A stretch of DNA of 64,000 bases from Dehalococcoidia bacterium (lineage in GTDB: Bacteria; Chloroflexota; Dehalococcoidia; Lucifugimonadales; UBA3495), in assembly GCA_965249145.1 (NCBI GenBank), contig OZ252223.1, forward strand, positions 2,207,223-2,271,222, read 5' to 3'. The translations under genes and the position numbers were made by a program. Of the stretch, positions 34,108 to 43,762 are shown in pieces; positions within the stretch are counted from its first letter, which is position 1; each line of letters opens with the position of its first letter. The notes beneath the pieces are model-generated. The model was not told where the DNA came from. It searched no databases and saw only the letters and a list, made by a program, of their open reading frames with translations.

Positions 34108-36468
34108 TCAGGCACCAGACTTGCCGCTCTTGATCATGCGCCAGACCCGCTGCGGCCCTATGGGCGGCTCGGTGACTTCGACGCCTAGAGGCAGCAGCGC
34201 GTCGGCCACCGCGTTGCCCACGGCGGTGAATGCGCCGACGGTTCCCGCTTCGCCGACGCCCTTGACCCCGCCTTGGGTGAAGGGCGAGGGAGTCTCGGTG
34301 TGGACGGTGTTGATGGTTGGCACGTCGGGGGCGGTGGGCACCAGGTAGTCCATGAAGGTGCCGGTGAGCAACTCGCCGCCTTCGTTATAGACCAGCTCCT
34401 CGAACAGGGCGTTGCCGATGCCGAGGGCCACTGCGCCGACCACCTGACCGTCCACGATCACGTGATCTATGATCGTGCCGCAGTCCTCGACGCAGTAGTA
34501 CTGTTCGACCTTGACCATGCCGGTCTCAGGGTCGACCCGCACCACTGCCATGTGTGCGCCGTGGCCGAAAGTCTGGTGGGGCGGGTCGAAGCTGCGAATG
34601 GCCTGCAGGCCGCGCTCGATGTTCTCGGGCAGGGAAACGACGCGGGAGGCATCGTGGGCGGCGGCGGCCACCGCGGCGAAGGGGACGCGGCGGGAGGGGT
34701 CGGCGACGGCGTAGACCTGGCCGTCGGCGATCTCTAGCTCCTCGTCTTCGGACTCAAGGAAGAACTGGGCGATCTCGGTGGCCTTGCGCTTAATGTCGCC
34801 CACGGCGAGGCGAATTGCCCCGCCGGTGCTGACAGCGCTGCGGCTGACGCCGGTGCCCGAGCCGAAGGGGGTGGCGTCGGTATCGCCCTCGAGTATTCTG
34901 ATGGTCTCGTAGGGCACCCCTAGCTCGCGGGAGACCAGACGAGCGAAAACGCTGTCGTGACTCTGGCCGGTGGACCGGGCGCTGACCGCCACCGTGACGT
35001 TGCCAGCGGCGTCGACCCGCACGTTGGCGGTGTCGAAGGCGGGCAGGCCGTAAACGCCGCGCTTGCGGTAGTCTTGGGAGCCGGTGCTGGAGTGCTCGAC
35101 AAAACAGCAGATGCCGATGCCGACCTGCTCGCCCCGGTCCCGGGCCTCGGCCTGGTATCGGCGAAGGGCCTGGTATTCTGAGGTCTCCAACAGTTTCCGG
35201 AGGGTCTCAGGATAGTCGCCGCTGTCGTAGAGGCGGCCCGCCGAGGTGTCGAAGGGCTGGTCCTCGGGCTGGATGAAGTTCTTCATGCGGACGTCGGCGG
35301 GGTCCAACCCCAACTCCTCGGCGATCATGTCCATCACCCGCTCGATTACGAATACGCCCTGCACCGTGCCCACGCCCCGGTAGGCCGCGCCGGGGCACTT
35401 GTTGGTCAGCAACCCGTAGGCGTTGCAGACGAAATTGTCGATGCGATAGGGACCGACGATGGACTGGCCGGCGGTCATGGGCTCCAAGCCGGCGGAGGTA
35501 GGCCCCAGGGTGTGTGCGCCTTGATCAACCAGCACCCGCGAGCGGATTCCCAGCACCCGGCCCTCGTCGTTGGCGGCCACCGAGACGTCGATCCGCATCT
35601 CGTGGGCGTGACCGCAGGCCAGCAGGTTCTCCATGCGGTCTTCCACCCACTTCACTGGCCGGTCGATCTTGCGGGAGAGAAAGGCGAGAATGATGCTCTC
35701 GGGATAGGCCGCGCCCTTGATGCCGAACTCGCCGCCAACGTCGGGTGAGATTACTCGAATGGCGTGCTGCGGCAGGCCCATGACGTTGGAGATGGTGGTG
35801 CGCACCAGGTGGGGTGAGCGGCAGGAAGCCCAGACCGAGAGCCGGTCTTGGCCGCGGTCGAAGTCGGCAATGACCCCGCGAGCCTCCACAGGCACACCGG
35901 TCTGCCTGGGGAAGTTGAACGTCTTTTCCAGCTTGAGGCTGGCTTGGGCGAATGCGGCCTCGGTATCGCCGCCGCCGAACTCTCGGTAGAAGACCGTGTT
36001 GTCGTCCATGCCAGCGTGGATCACCGGCGCTTCGGGGGAGAGGGCATCGTCAACGTCTCCAACCATCGGCAGGGGCTCGTACTCGACGACGATGGCCTCC
36101 AGCATGTCTTGTGCGGCGTGGGGGGTGGTGGCGGCTACGGCGACCACCGGGTCGCCGACGAAGGTGACCTTGCCGGGAGGCATGGGGTAGCGGTCGTAGG
36201 GGCGGGCGAAGTCACTGGAGCCGGGGGCGGCCGGGCGCACCGGGTTGGTGAACGGTACGACCTCGTCGGGAGTTATGAACCCGATCGCACCCTCAACATC
36301 CAAGGCCCCGGAGCAGTCGATGGAGACGATGTTGGCGTGGGGCACGTCGCTGCGCAGGAAGGCGGCGAAGCACATCCCACGGAGCTTCACGTCGTCGAGA
36401 AAGCGCCCGCGGCCCCGGACCATCTTGGCCAATTCCGGTCGGGCAATGTCGTCGTGATGATCAGCCAT
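34108..36468 (-). CDS. Xanthine dehydrogenase/CoxL-family molybdopterin-binding subunit (copy 1)
   Basis: GRGRFLDD, VGGEFGIK, AYRGVG, YDSGDY, GVKGVGEAG; start set at ATG 36468. Confidence 0.93.
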   Translation of the reverse strand: MADHHDDIARPELAKMVRGRGRFLDDVKLRGMCFAAFLRSDVPHANIVSIDCSGALDVEGAIGFITPDEVVPFTNPVRPAAPGSSDFARPYDRYPMPPGKVTFVGDPVVAVAATTPHAAQDMLEAIVVEYEPLPMVGDVDDALSPEAPVIHAGMDDNTVFYREFGGGDTEAAFAQASLKLEKTFNFPRQTGVPVEARGVIADFDRGQDRLSVWASCRSPHLVRTTISNVMGLPQHAIRVISPDVGGEFGIKGAAYPESIILAFLSRKIDRPVKWVEDRMENLLACGHAHEMRIDVSVAANDEGRVLGIRSRVLVDQGAHTLGPTSAGLEPMTAGQSIVGPYRIDNFVCNAYGLLTNKCPGAAYRGVGTVQGVFVIERVMDMIAEELGLDPADVRMKNFIQPEDQPFDTSAGRLYDSGDYPETLRKLLETSEYQALRRYQAEARDRGEQVGIGICCFVEHSSTGSQDYRKRGVYGLPAFDTANVRVDAAGNVTVAVSARSTGQSHDSVFARLVSRELGVPYETIRILEGDTDATPFGSGTGVSRSAVSTGGAIRLAVGDIKRKATEIAQFFLESEDEELEIADGQVYAVADPSRRVPFAAVAAAAHDASRVVSLPENIERGLQAIRSFDPPHQTFGHGAHMAVVRVDPETGMVKVEQYYCVEDCGTIIDHVIVDGQVVGAVALGIGNALFEELVYNEGGELLTGTFMDYLVPTAPDVPTINTVHTETPSPFTQGGVKGVGEAGTVGAFTAVGNAVADALLPLGVEVTEPPIGPQRVWRMIKSGKSGA

Positions 36469-36526
36469 GCTTAGCCTTGCTGGGATGGGTTGGGCGCCGG
36501 AGAGTTGTGGTTGAGATGGTAGTGGC

Positions 36527-37180
36527 CTATTTCTGTCGCCGAAATAGGCGCCAGACGGGGGACGTGAACCCTGGGAGAACGTCGGCGCCGTCGATCTGAT
36601 CGTCCTCATAGAGAGTCACTGGCTCAGCATCGGTTCGGTAGATCGTGATGCTGGACTGGTCCGGGTCGGCCACCCAGACCATACGCGAACCGTAATTGAG
36701 CCACATCGCCGCTTTAGCGGCCAGTTCTGGGTTGGAGTTACCTGGCGACTTGACCTCTACCGCTAAATCGGGTGCCAGTTCGGGATAGCCCTGTGTGCCC
36801 TCCGGGATGCGACCCGGCGCAACCCAGGCCACGTCAGGGGCGCGCACGGTGTCGGGATCAGCCCCGAGGCGATATCCCGGTTCGCCGGTCGGTGCTCGGC
36901 CATAGTCATTTATTTCTGCATGATGAGCGATCAGGTAATGTATCCTGTCGACCACGGCGCTGTGGGGGTCTCCGGTAGGCATTTTCTCGACCAGTACACC
37001 TCTGATTAGCTCGTAACGCGTGCCTTCCGCTCTCGGAAGGCACAAGAGTTCATCGGCGGTCATGAGAGGTTCCCCGGTGGGTTCCTTCGGGACAAGGGCG
37101 CCTCGGATGAGTTCGTACCGATTTCCGTCCGGCATCGCCAGCAGCTCCTCTGCCGTGACCGGTTTGCGTTTGCTGGTCAT
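36527..37180 (-). CDS. Uma2-family (PD-(D/E)xK) putative endonuclease with duplicated N-terminal module
   Basis: RYELIRG twice, VRAPDVAWV, APDLAVEVKSP, VLPGF; SD AAGGTG before ATG 37180. Confidence 0.9.
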   Translation of the reverse strand: MTSKRKPVTAEELLAMPDGNRYELIRGALVPKEPTGEPLMTADELLCLPRAEGTRYELIRGVLVEKMPTGDPHSAVVDRIHYLIAHHAEINDYGRAPTGEPGYRLGADPDTVRAPDVAWVAPGRIPEGTQGYPELAPDLAVEVKSPGNSNPELAAKAAMWLNYGSRMVWVADPDQSSITIYRTDAEPVTLYEDDQIDGADVLPGFTSPVWRLFRRQK

Positions 37181-37221
37181 TTCACACCTTTTAGCTCGCC
37201 AGCACCGAATTAGTCCGGCCC

Positions 37222-37689
37222 CTAGACGGTGCCGGTCTGGGTTATGGCTTGAATTATGGGGGCGTAGCCGGTGCAGCGGCAGATGTTGCCGGAGATGCCG
37301 TGACGCACCTGGTCCTCGGTGGGGTTGGGGTTGTCGCGCAGGAAGGCGTAGCCGGTCATCAGAAAACCGGGAGTGCAGAAGCCGCATTGGAGGGCGTGGT
37401 TCTCTTGGAAGGCGGCCTGCAGTGGGTGCAGCTCGTCGCCGTTGGCCAGACCCTCGACGGTCATCAGCGTCGCGCCGTCGGCCTGCACCGCCAAGAGCAG
37501 GCAGGAGCGAACGGCTTCGCCTTCGAGCAGAATGGTGCAGGCGCCGCACACCCCATGCTCGCAACCCAAGTGGGTGCCGGTAAGGTCGCACTCCTGGCGG
37601 ATGAAGTCGGCCAGGGTGAGGCGAGGCTCCACCCGGCCGGAGTACTCCCGGCCGTTGATGGTCATGCTGACGTCGATCAGGGGGCTCAT
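37222..37689 (-). CDS. CoxS-like 2x[2Fe-2S] subunit
   Basis: GCEHGVCGACT, QCGFCTPG, GNICRCTGY. Confidence 0.95.
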   Translation of the reverse strand: MSPLIDVSMTINGREYSGRVEPRLTLADFIRQECDLTGTHLGCEHGVCGACTILLEGEAVRSCLLLAVQADGATLMTVEGLANGDELHPLQAAFQENHALQCGFCTPGFLMTGYAFLRDNPNPTEDQVRHGISGNICRCTGYAPIIQAITQTGTV

Positions 37690-37714
37690 CGGACCCTCCT
37701 CCCGTTGATTATTG

Positions 37715-37780
37715 AACGCCGAGGGCGCAGAGAACGCCGAGTCTGATTTCTCTGCGACCTCGGCGTACTCTGCGGTGAAA
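37715..37780. repeat. Family B (CGCAGAG/CGCCGAG) palindromic element, copy 1
   Basis: AACGCCGAGGGCGCAGAGAACGCCGAG ... CTCTGCGACCTCGGCGTACTCTGCGGT. Confidence 0.8.
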
Positions 37781-37781
37781 C

Positions 37782-38639
37782 TTAGGCCACGGCGTCTTCG
37801 AGGGCGCGGCGGGCCATGACGGCGCTGACTTCCTTGCGGTACTCGGCGGAGGCGTGGATGTCGGAGCCGGGGCTGACCGCCTCGGAAACCAGGGCGGCAG
37901 CCTCGGCGCGGGCGTCGGCATCCACCACGCGGCCGACCAGCGCTTGCTCGGCGGCGGGGATTCGAGACGGGGCATCACCCACGGCGAACATGGTGATGCG
38001 GGCCTCTTGGCAGACACCGCCGTCGCCCAAGCGCAGCAGCGCAATCGCTCCGACCAAAGCAAAGTCACCGTGGCGGCGGCTCACTTCGCGGAAGCCCCAG
38101 CACCAGTTGCCATCGAGCAGCGGAAGCCGGACTTGGGTGAGAAGCTGTTCGGGCTCCAAGGCCGTCATCAGCGGCCCGACGGCGAAGTCGGAGGCGGCAA
38201 CAGTCTGCTCGCCGGAGCTACTGGCCACGGTAAACTCGGCGTCGAGAGCGGTACAGATCGCCGGGATTTCGGCGGCGGGGTCGGCATGGGCTAGGCTGCC
38301 GCCGATGGTGCCCCGGTTTCGAATCTGGAAGTGCCCGATGTGGGGGATGGCGGCGGCGACGACCGGAAACGCGCTGGTGATCTCGCCTGACCGCTCGATC
38401 TGGCGCTGGCGGGTTAGCGAGCCGATGGTGATAGCGCCGTCGGCGGTCGCGATTCCCGTCAGCCCGGCGACGCGGTTGATGTCGACTACCACGGCGGGGC
38501 GCACCAGCCGCAGGTTCATCATCGGCATCAAGCTTTGCCCACCAGCCAGCACCTTGGCGTCAGGCCCATGCTGGGCCAGCAACTCCAGCGCCTCGGCTAG
38601 GGTTGTGGGGGCGTGGTAGTCGAATTTGGCTGGTTTCAT
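37782..38639 (-). CDS. CoxM-like FAD-binding subunit
   Basis: MKPAKFDYHAP, LAGGQSL, IRNRGTIGGSLAHADP, RRHGDFA. Confidence 0.95.
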   Translation of the reverse strand: MKPAKFDYHAPTTLAEALELLAQHGPDAKVLAGGQSLMPMMNLRLVRPAVVVDINRVAGLTGIATADGAITIGSLTRQRQIERSGEITSAFPVVAAAIPHIGHFQIRNRGTIGGSLAHADPAAEIPAICTALDAEFTVASSSGEQTVAASDFAVGPLMTALEPEQLLTQVRLPLLDGNWCWGFREVSRRHGDFALVGAIALLRLGDGGVCQEARITMFAVGDAPSRIPAAEQALVGRVVDADARAEAAALVSEAVSPGSDIHASAEYRKEVSAVMARRALEDAVA

Positions 38640-38656
38640 AATCTCGGTCCCCAATT

Positions 38657-38727
38657 AAACGCCGAGGGCGCGAAGAGCGCGGAGAGTTCTATCTTGAAGC
38701 TCGGAGCTCTTTGCGTCCTCGGCGCTT
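38657..38727. repeat. Family B palindromic element, copy 2
   Basis: AAACGCCGAGGGCGCGAAGAGC ... GCTCTTTGCGTCCTCGGCGCTT. Confidence 0.8.
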
Positions 38728-38735
38728 GATAAGTC

Positions 38736-39899
38736 CTATACTTGGTATTCCGGGCGGCGGAGGAGCTGGCGGGCGATTACCAGGCGCATGACCTCGTTGG
38801 TGCCCTCGCCGATGATCATTAGGGGGGCGTCGCGGTAGTAACGTTCGATGGGCGATTCCTTGATGAAGCCGTAGCCGCCGTGGACCCGCATCGCGTCCAT
38901 GGTGACCTCGCCGCAAATCTCGCTGGCGAATAGTTTGGCCATACCCGACTCCAGGTCCACCCGCTCACCGCTGTCCTTCTTGGCCGCCGCGTCGTAGACC
39001 AGCAGCCGGGCCGCTTGGATCTTGGTGGCCATGTCGGCCAGCTTCAGCTGGATCGCTTGGTGCTCCGAGATGGGCTTGCCGAAGGTCTCCCGCTGCTGGG
39101 AATAGCGGATGGCGTGGTTGAAGGCGGCTTGGGCCACGCCGACGGCGCGGGCGGCCACGTTGATCCGTCCGGTTTCCAGTCCGCTCATCACTTGGCCGAA
39201 GCCCTGTCCTTCCTCGCCGCCGACCAGGTTGTCAGCAGGCACGGGGTAGTTGTCGAAGATGAGCTCGCAGGTGTCGAGGCCGCGATAACCCATCTTGTCG
39301 AGGTCGCGGCCCACCTGGAATCCTGGGCCGCCCTTCTCGACCACGAAGCAACTGATGCCGCGGTGCCGGGGCTCCACGTCGCGGTCGGTGCGGGCCAGCA
39401 GGCAGAAGGCATCACCGTAGCGGCCGTTGGTGATGAACATCTTGGTGCCGTTGATCATGTATTCCTCGCCGTTCTTGGTGGCGGTGGTCTGCAGATTGGC
39501 CACGTCGGTGCCGCCGCCGGGCTCGGTGAGGGCCAAGCCGCCGCGCTTGCGGCCCGAGGCCAGATCTGGCAGCAGGCGTTCTTTCTGTTCCTCGGTGCCG
39601 TAGTGGGTGAGCACGTAGGTGAGGATGTGGTGGGTGCCAATGGCGCCGCTGAGGCTCATCAACCCCTGACTAAGCTCCTCGAAGATGGTGGCGAAGGTCG
39701 TGTAGTCCAGCCCCAACCCGCCGTACTCCTCGGGAACGGTGATGCCGAACAGGCCTAGCTCCTTCATCTGATCGATGAGATCGTGGGGGACCCGGTCCTC
39801 CCGGTCCAACTCCGCAGCTACGGGCTCAACCTCCCGGCGCACAAAATCGCGCACCAAGGCGACAATCTGGGAACGGGCCTCTTCCGATGTGGCTACCAC
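38736..39899 (-). CDS. Acyl-CoA dehydrogenase
   Basis: PEEYGG, LTEPGGGTD, NGTKMFITNG, RETFGKPI, HGGYG, GEGTNE. Confidence 0.95.
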   Translation of the reverse strand: MVATSEEARSQIVALVRDFVRREVEPVAAELDREDRVPHDLIDQMKELGLFGITVPEEYGGLGLDYTTFATIFEELSQGLMSLSGAIGTHHILTYVLTHYGTEEQKERLLPDLASGRKRGGLALTEPGGGTDVANLQTTATKNGEEYMINGTKMFITNGRYGDAFCLLARTDRDVEPRHRGISCFVVEKGGPGFQVGRDLDKMGYRGLDTCELIFDNYPVPADNLVGGEEGQGFGQVMSGLETGRINVAARAVGVAQAAFNHAIRYSQQRETFGKPISEHQAIQLKLADMATKIQAARLLVYDAAAKKDSGERVDLESGMAKLFASEICGEVTMDAMRVHGGYGFIKESPIERYYRDAPLMIIGEGTNEVMRLVIARQLLRRPEYQV

Positions 39900-39915
39900 T
39901 TCTTTCTCCTTGTCC

Positions 39916-39976
39916 TACCGCAGAGGACGCCGAGCACACAGAGAACCAATTAAATAGCTCTGCGCTCTCTGCGGTA
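39916..39976. repeat. Family B palindromic element, copy 3
   Basis: TACCGCAGAGGACGCCGAGCACACAGAG ... CTCTGCGCTCTCTGCGGTA. Confidence 0.8.
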
Positions 39977-39982
39977 AAATAA

Positions 39983-42733
39983 TCATCCCGCGAGTGCGGC
40001 TTGGGCGGCGGCGAGGCGGGCGACGGGCACCCGGAAGGGCGAGCAACTCACGTAGTCAAGCCCGGCCTCGTGACAGAATTGGACACTTCGCGGGTCGCCG
40101 CCATGTTCGCCGCAGATACCGATCTCCAGGTCGGCCCGGACCTTTCGCCCCGAGGCCACCGCCATGCGCACCAGCGCTCCGACGCCGTCGCGGTCGATGG
40201 ATTCAAAGGGGTCGGACGGCAGAATGCCTTCGTTAATGTAGGACCGCAGGAACTTGCCTTCGGCGTCGTCGCGGCTGAATCCGTAAGTCATCTGGGTCAG
40301 GTCGTTGGTGCCGAAGCTGAAGAACTCGGACTCCTCGGCCATAGCGCCCGCAGTCAGGGCGGCGCGGGGCGTCTCAATCATTGTGCCGAACTTGTAATGC
40401 ACCTCCACGCCCATCCGGTCCTGCACCCGGGCGGCGGTCCGGGTCAGATCGGCGCGTAGCCGTCGCATTTCTTCGACGTCGACGGTCAGGGGCACCATTA
40501 TTTCCGGTTTGACCTCGACGCCTTCGGCGATCAGTTGCGCCCCGGCGGTGATGATGGCGTCCACCTGCATGCGGTAGATGGCCGGGAAGCTGAGACCGAG
40601 GCGGCAGCCTCGGTGGCCCAGCATCGGATTGCTCTCGCGCAGGGAGTCCACCCGCTGCAGGAACGCCTCCTTTTCTTCGATCACCTCGGCGGGGGCGTTC
40701 TGTACCCGCAGCGAGGTCAGCTCGGTCAGCAGCTCCTCGTAGGGCGGCAGGAACTCATGCAGCGGGGCGTCCAGCAACCGGATGATCACCGGGCGGCGCG
40801 ACATCACCCGCAGGATGCCGCGAAAGTCGTTGGTTTGGAGCCGGCGGACTTGCTCCAGCGCATCGTGGAACATCCGTACGGCCTCGGGCGTCGCCGGGTC
40901 CTCGACATCGACCGGCTGGTCGTCGTGCTCCCGCCGCCATTCCTCGGCGGCCTCGGAATTGAGCAGCATCTGGCGGACGGCAGGCAGTCGGTTGGGATCG
41001 AGGAACATATGCTCGGTGCGGCAGAGACCAATGCCCTCGGCGCCCATGATGACGGCCTGGCGAGCGTCGGCTGGGGTATCCGCGTTGGCCATCACGCCCA
41101 ACCGTCGGGCTTCGTCGGCCCAACTCAACAGTTCGTTGGCCTCCGGCAGGTCTTCCAAGCGGGGGTTCACGGTATCCAACTCGCCCAGGTAAACCTGCCC
41201 CAGGGCACCGTCGATGCTGATGCTCTCGCCCTCGCGCACGGTCCGGCCGTTGCCCGACATCTCGCTCGATTCCAGGTCTACGCGCAGGCCCTCGCACCCC
41301 ACAATGCACGGCTTGCCGAGGCCGCGGGTTACCACGGCGGCGTGGCTGGTGACCCCGCCCCGGCTGGTGACCACGCCGACGGCGGCGATGATGCCGTGGA
41401 TGTCGTCGGGCTTGGTCTCGGGCCGCACCAGGATGACGGTCTCGCCCCGGCGGGCCAGGTCCTCGGCAACGTCGGCGTCGAACACCACTTTGCCCGAGGC
41501 TGCCCCGGGGGACGCGCCGGCCCCCCAGGCCAGCAGCTTTTCTTCTAACTCCTCGGGAGCGATGCTGGAAGCGAACTGGGGCACCAACAGTTGGGTGATC
41601 TCCTCCGCGTTGACCCGGTTCAGGGCCTGCTCGCGGTCAATCATACCCTCCTTGACCATGTCCACCGCCGTCTTGACCGCGGAGAGCGGCGTGCGCTTGG
41701 CGTTGCGGGTCTGAAGCAGATAGAGACGCCCTTCTTCGATGGTGAACTCGACGTCCTGGACGTCCCGGTAGTGCGTTTCCAGCTCGGAAGCGAGGGCCAA
41801 GAGCTCGGCGGAGCGCTCTGGCATCGCGTCGGCCAAGGCCGACAGGGGCTCCGGGGTCCGTACGCCAGCAACCACGTCTTCGCCCTGCGCGTTGGCCAGG
41901 AATTCGCCGTACACTTCCCGTCGACCTGTGGACGGATCGCGGGTGAACAGTACGCCGGTGCCGCTACTGGGGCCGAGGTTGCCGTAGACCATGCCCATGA
42001 TAGTTACGGCGGTGCCCATGTCGTGGTCGATGCCGTATTGGTCGCGATAGACCGTGGCCCGCGGGTTGTTCCAGCTGCGAAACACCGCTTCCACCGCCGC
42101 GAGCAGCTGCTCCCAAGGGTCGGTTGGCGGTTCTTCGCCGGTGGCATCGCGGACGATGGCCTTGAAGTCGGCGGTAACGGCTTTCAACCGCTCGGCGGTC
42201 AGCTCGTAATCGAGCTCCACGCCAGCCCGGGCTTTGTGCTCCGCCAAGCACTCCTCGAACGGTGACGCGTCGACTGCTTGGACGACCTCGCCGTAAATTT
42301 GGACGAAACGGCGATAGGCGTCGTATGCCGGGCGCAGGTCGCCCATCATCCTGCCCAAGCCCTCGACGATATTGTCGTTGATCCCTAGGTTAAGGATGGT
42401 GTCCATCATTCCCGGCATGGAGATGCGGGCGCCGGAGCGCACTGATACCAAGAGCGGGTTGTTGGCGGACCCGAATTGATGGCCGATGGCCTGCTCCAGC
42501 TCGGTTATGCGCTCCCTGATGGTCGCTTCCAGACCATCGGGGAGGGTATACCCGTCGGCCAGATAATCGCGGCAGACCTGGGTGGAGATAACAAATCCCG
42601 GAGGGACCGGGAGTCCCAATCGGGTCATTTCGCATAGATTGCTGCCTTTTCCGCCGAGAAGGTCGCCCATCGAGGCGTCGCCTTCCGCAAAGCGGTAGAC
42701 AAGTTTAGCCGCCGGTGCGGGCTTGGTAGCCAT
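39983..42733 (-). CDS. ppdK: Pyruvate, phosphate dikinase
   Basis: LLGGKG, SVRSGARISMPGMM, GGVTSHAAVV, GLCRTEHMF, SFGTNDLTQ, ICGEHGG. Confidence 0.98.
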   Translation of the reverse strand: MATKPAPAAKLVYRFAEGDASMGDLLGGKGSNLCEMTRLGLPVPPGFVISTQVCRDYLADGYTLPDGLEATIRERITELEQAIGHQFGSANNPLLVSVRSGARISMPGMMDTILNLGINDNIVEGLGRMMGDLRPAYDAYRRFVQIYGEVVQAVDASPFEECLAEHKARAGVELDYELTAERLKAVTADFKAIVRDATGEEPPTDPWEQLLAAVEAVFRSWNNPRATVYRDQYGIDHDMGTAVTIMGMVYGNLGPSSGTGVLFTRDPSTGRREVYGEFLANAQGEDVVAGVRTPEPLSALADAMPERSAELLALASELETHYRDVQDVEFTIEEGRLYLLQTRNAKRTPLSAVKTAVDMVKEGMIDREQALNRVNAEEITQLLVPQFASSIAPEELEEKLLAWGAGASPGAASGKVVFDADVAEDLARRGETVILVRPETKPDDIHGIIAAVGVVTSRGGVTSHAAVVTRGLGKPCIVGCEGLRVDLESSEMSGNGRTVREGESISIDGALGQVYLGELDTVNPRLEDLPEANELLSWADEARRLGVMANADTPADARQAVIMGAEGIGLCRTEHMFLDPNRLPAVRQMLLNSEAAEEWRREHDDQPVDVEDPATPEAVRMFHDALEQVRRLQTNDFRGILRVMSRRPVIIRLLDAPLHEFLPPYEELLTELTSLRVQNAPAEVIEEKEAFLQRVDSLRESNPMLGHRGCRLGLSFPAIYRMQVDAIITAGAQLIAEGVEVKPEIMVPLTVDVEEMRRLRADLTRTAARVQDRMGVEVHYKFGTMIETPRAALTAGAMAEESEFFSFGTNDLTQMTYGFSRDDAEGKFLRSYINEGILPSDPFESIDRDGVGALVRMAVASGRKVRADLEIGICGEHGGDPRSVQFCHEAGLDYVSCSPFRVPVARLAAAQAALAG

Positions 42734-42748
42734 GGGGAGAGTCCTTTG

Positions 42749-43750
42749 CTAGATTTCCCTGAACTCGGGTTCGAGGTCAGCGATGTAGAATTTGTTCTGC
42801 CATAGCTCTTCCACGTAGCTTTGGTCGGCGTCGGTGAGGGGCGGGGTCTCCACCGCCGCCGTATACTCCCGGAGTCCATCCATGTTGGTGAAGTTGGGCA
42901 GCACCGAAACGATCTGGGGCTTCTTCAGGCAGAACTGAATGGCCGCTTGGCCGAGGGTACGGGTGTCGTCTTGGGCCAGAAATTTGACTCGGTCGACCTT
43001 CTGCATGGCCTCCCGCAGCCATTCGGCGCCGCGGAAGGCCCGGTGGTCGGTGTCGTCGAAGGCGGGAATCTCCAAGTAGTCGCCCGTCAGCGTGTTGGAG
43101 GCGTGGGGTACCCGAGAGATTAGCCCGGTCTCAGTCTCGTCGGCGATGGGGAAGAAGTCGATGGCCGGTTCCGGCTCGAGGATGCTGTAGATGATTTGGA
43201 CGCTGTCCACCCCGCGTACCCGCATCGAGGTCTCGCCCTCCTCGAACCATCCGATGTCGGGCCCGAGAGCCACACCGAAGTAACGGACCTTGCCCTCGAA
43301 CTTCAGTTGTTCCAACACTTCGAACAGCTCGTCGCGCTCCAAGGCATCGGCTTTCGGGTTGTGCGCTTGGTAGAGGTCGATATAGTCAGTGTTCAGGCGA
43401 CGCAGACTCTGCTCGCAGGCGTAAATCACGAAGTCACGGTCGAACTTCTGGGGGCGTTCGCGGTGGCCGTCGCGGGGGGTCGGGTCGTAGATGTCATAGC
43501 CGAACTTGGTGGCTATTACGATGTCGTTACGCTTGTGGCCAAGATACTTGGCCAAGAGTTCTTCGCCGTAGCCGTCACCGTAGGCGTCGGCGGTGTCGAA
43601 GAAATTCATCCCCAACTCCACCGCGTTCTCCAGCAGGTTGGCCTTGTCGGATTCCTCGATCCGCCCCCACCAGTTGGTGGCGAGAGTCCATACGCCGAAT
43701 CCGACTTCGGACAGCACAAGGTCGGTGCGTGGCAGCTTCCGAAATCTCAT
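42749..43750 (-). CDS. Aldo/keto reductase
   Basis: FFDTADAYG, IATKFG, SLRRLNTDYIDLYQAH, GKVRYFGV. Confidence 0.93.
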   Translation of the reverse strand: MRFRKLPRTDLVLSEVGFGVWTLATNWWGRIEESDKANLLENAVELGMNFFDTADAYGDGYGEELLAKYLGHKRNDIVIATKFGYDIYDPTPRDGHRERPQKFDRDFVIYACEQSLRRLNTDYIDLYQAHNPKADALERDELFEVLEQLKFEGKVRYFGVALGPDIGWFEEGETSMRVRGVDSVQIIYSILEPEPAIDFFPIADETETGLISRVPHASNTLTGDYLEIPAFDDTDHRAFRGAEWLREAMQKVDRVKFLAQDDTRTLGQAAIQFCLKKPQIVSVLPNFTNMDGLREYTAAVETPPLTDADQSYVEELWQNKFYIADLEPEFREI

Positions 43751-43762
43751 CGAGTGACCGTC

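Noticed and set aside
30931-38639. Aerobic CO dehydrogenase (form I coxMSL)
   Set aside because: Neither large subunit has the AYxCSFR motif and there are no coxDEFG accessory genes.
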